Source of the DNA: Oikopleura dioica
Lineage: Eukaryota; Animalia; Chordata
Direction: 5' to 3'
Assembly: GCA_907165135.1 (NCBI GenBank)
Contig: OU015568.1
Location: 13,578,001-13,642,000, forward strand
Length of the DNA: 64,000 nt
Position numbers and translations under genes: made by a program. This document shows, piece after piece, positions 62,366 through 64,000 of the stretch; positions within the stretch are counted from its first letter, which is position 1, and each line of letters begins with the position of its first letter. The notes under the pieces were generated by a model that saw nothing but the letters and a program-made list of their open reading frames with translations, was not told where the DNA came from and did no database searches.

Positions 62366-63344
62366 TTAATGCGACCGGCATGACCAAGATAGGTTGACCG
62401 AGTCCAGCTTTGTCCGCTTTGATACGCTAATCGATGCACATTGGCAGCAAAAAGCAGCGCTTAATTTATCTCTCTGTCGATTCTCTATGCGTTTCCTACC
62501 TTGACGGGTCGTCTATAAGATTGGCTCTGAGTTTGTCTTTTAGGGGATGATTATTTCTTAAAAAAAGATAATCAGTCTCACTTTTCCACCGGCAGCCGCG
62601 AAATCCCACAACATCGAAATCGCATGAGAAACAACGCAGCTTATCACAGCTCCTGAAAGTGGCAGTTAATCTACAATAAGACGAATGGACTTGACTTTTC
62701 TCTATTGTTGTTTACCTGACTTGTGAGGGCTTTGTTAGCCCCTCTTCGTCCACTGCCGAGAGATAAACAAAAGGGGAGCATTTTTTGGAAATATTTGAAG
62801 CCTCTTTTTGCTTCTGCACGGATCTACTTGGCGAAAGATCTTTCCAATTGCTATCATCGTCAGAAAACTAATAATAAATCAGTGGATTCATTTAACACGT
62901 TGTTTCCAGACGCACTTTCTGGTCTAACCTTTTATGAGTTTGCAACTTTTATGACCGGCTCAGAATGCTTTGTATCTAGATAAGCCCCGACCCTCTATTA
63001 TCCGATAGCGTAACATACCTCTTTCAAGAAATCATCGATGCTCTTTGCGGCGCTGGATTTAGCAGCGGGTGCTTTTTGTACTGGCGCTTTCCATTGTTTC
63101 GGAGTTTTAGCTGTTTGAGGAATTGATACAAAATAAAAATCATCGAGGCGTATCAAATACCTAGCTAGTAGCTGGTGCCAATTCGATTTGTGAGCTTCGC
63201 CGCACTCATAAATCACCCAATTCGACTGATTTTGGCTCATTTAGACTTATTTTAAATCTGTTTCCTCCTCCCTTTTGAACCTCCCACATCTTCGAGTATC
63301 CGATCAAGCTCGTCAAGGTCAACTAGCGAGTCATTATCCGACAT
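62366..63344 (-). CDS. CFAP418: Cilia- and flagella-associated protein 418 (C8orf37)
   Basis: N-terminal DLDELDRILEDV; C-terminal SCDKLRCFSCDFDVV..W..DYLFLRNN..AFCCQC..WSCRSH*. Middle exons approximate. Confidence 0.88.
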
Positions 63345-63428
63345 TTTCGCGACTCTAGAATAATAAAACGATCACAAAAACTCGAAATTGTTTTCCACAT
63401 GTGGCAGTTGAGAGTTGTGCAAAATGAT

Positions 63429-63941
63429 CTAATTAAAAGGAACTTCGTATTTCATTTCATTCTTGATCGCTTCCTCTTTTTTCAGTTTGTACTGGGTGAT
63501 GTTCTTTACTGTCAGCCTCCGAGCATCCAATTGAGTGTCAGCAATATCGTCCAGTGCTGCCTGAATCTTATCATGGATTCGTTCTCCCTTTTCCACGAAA
63601 GATCTTAGTCGCTCTGCCTCCGCCTGATTTTCAGTCTGTATCTTTTGGAGTGTGGCTGCTTGTAGGCTGGATGTGGATTCCTCGGACGGAAGGGAATCAA
63701 TTAAAGTATCAATATTCTTGAAGCTACGGGTAATCAGATTGCTGAAAAGCTCAATGTTTCGACGTGATTCTGCCCTCTGTGCCTCAACTTCCGCTGCGTC
63801 TGGGCGAGGAGTGGTAGTGCGAGTCTCAGCGTCATCAAATGAGCTAGGCGGGGCAGTCTCATGTAGAACACCAATCGAGTTGCACATGTGAATAGCGAGA
63901 TCATTTACGAAGTCCTGCAGCTGACTCAAACGGTCCGACAT
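63429..63941 (-). CDS. MED21: Mediator complex subunit 21, intronless
   Basis: MSDRLSQLQDFVNDLA..CNSIGVL..APPSSF, DTLIDSLPSEES, IQAALDDIA. Confidence 0.96.
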   Translation of the reverse strand: MSDRLSQLQDFVNDLAIHMCNSIGVLHETAPPSSFDDAETRTTTPRPDAAEVEAQRAESRRNIELFSNLITRSFKNIDTLIDSLPSEESTSSLQAATLQKIQTENQAEAERLRSFVEKGERIHDKIQAALDDIADTQLDARRLTVKNITQYKLKKEEAIKNEMKYEVPFN

Positions 63942-64000
63942 ATCTTCCACCGATTTCTTAATTCAACAACCTTCAGCAATGACATTCCCTGCAATAGTCC

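Overview
Eukaryotic nuclear DNA from an ultra-compact animal genome. Introns are mostly 35-90 nt, intergenic gaps are about 25-350 nt, many ATGs follow a YAG acceptor, and some splice donors are non-GT; the gene content is chordate-like. Together this points to a larvacean tunicate, most likely Oikopleura dioica (inference). There are no prokaryotic features, CRISPR arrays, rRNA or convincing tRNA. About 35 protein-coding genes fall mainly in four co-oriented, operon-like runs. Run 1 (minus): SNRPB, DDX46, B4GALT7, ATP6V1E. Run 2 (plus): UGGT1, a small ORF, CFAP58, DNAAF10, TBK1/IKKe. Run 3 (minus): TMEM199, LRRC57, ISCA1, EEA1, ECI1. Run 4 (minus): MED21, CFAP418, SH3BP5, NME6::CSKMT, KDM2, two zinc-finger genes, SLC4A1AP, a cyclophilin-like gene. 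Stand-alone genes are MICAL, an NR1-type nuclear receptor, a COMT-like gene, a Fos/ATF3-like bZIP and an EGF pseudo-protease. Three non-autonomous DNA transposons (MITEs) are present, two of them nested. The most notable observations are: an in-frame NME6 (NDP kinase)-CSKMT/METTL12 (lysine methyltransferase) fusion; two spliced single-TM micro-genes antisense inside one EEA1 intron, plus other antisense nested genes; a KDM2 lacking its CxxC/PHD module; tandem LisH-like zinc-finger genes 1 nt apart that could be spliced into one protein; and several apparent pseudo-enzymes. Gene identities come from recognising protein motifs by eye, and exon boundaries are manual. No database search was run.
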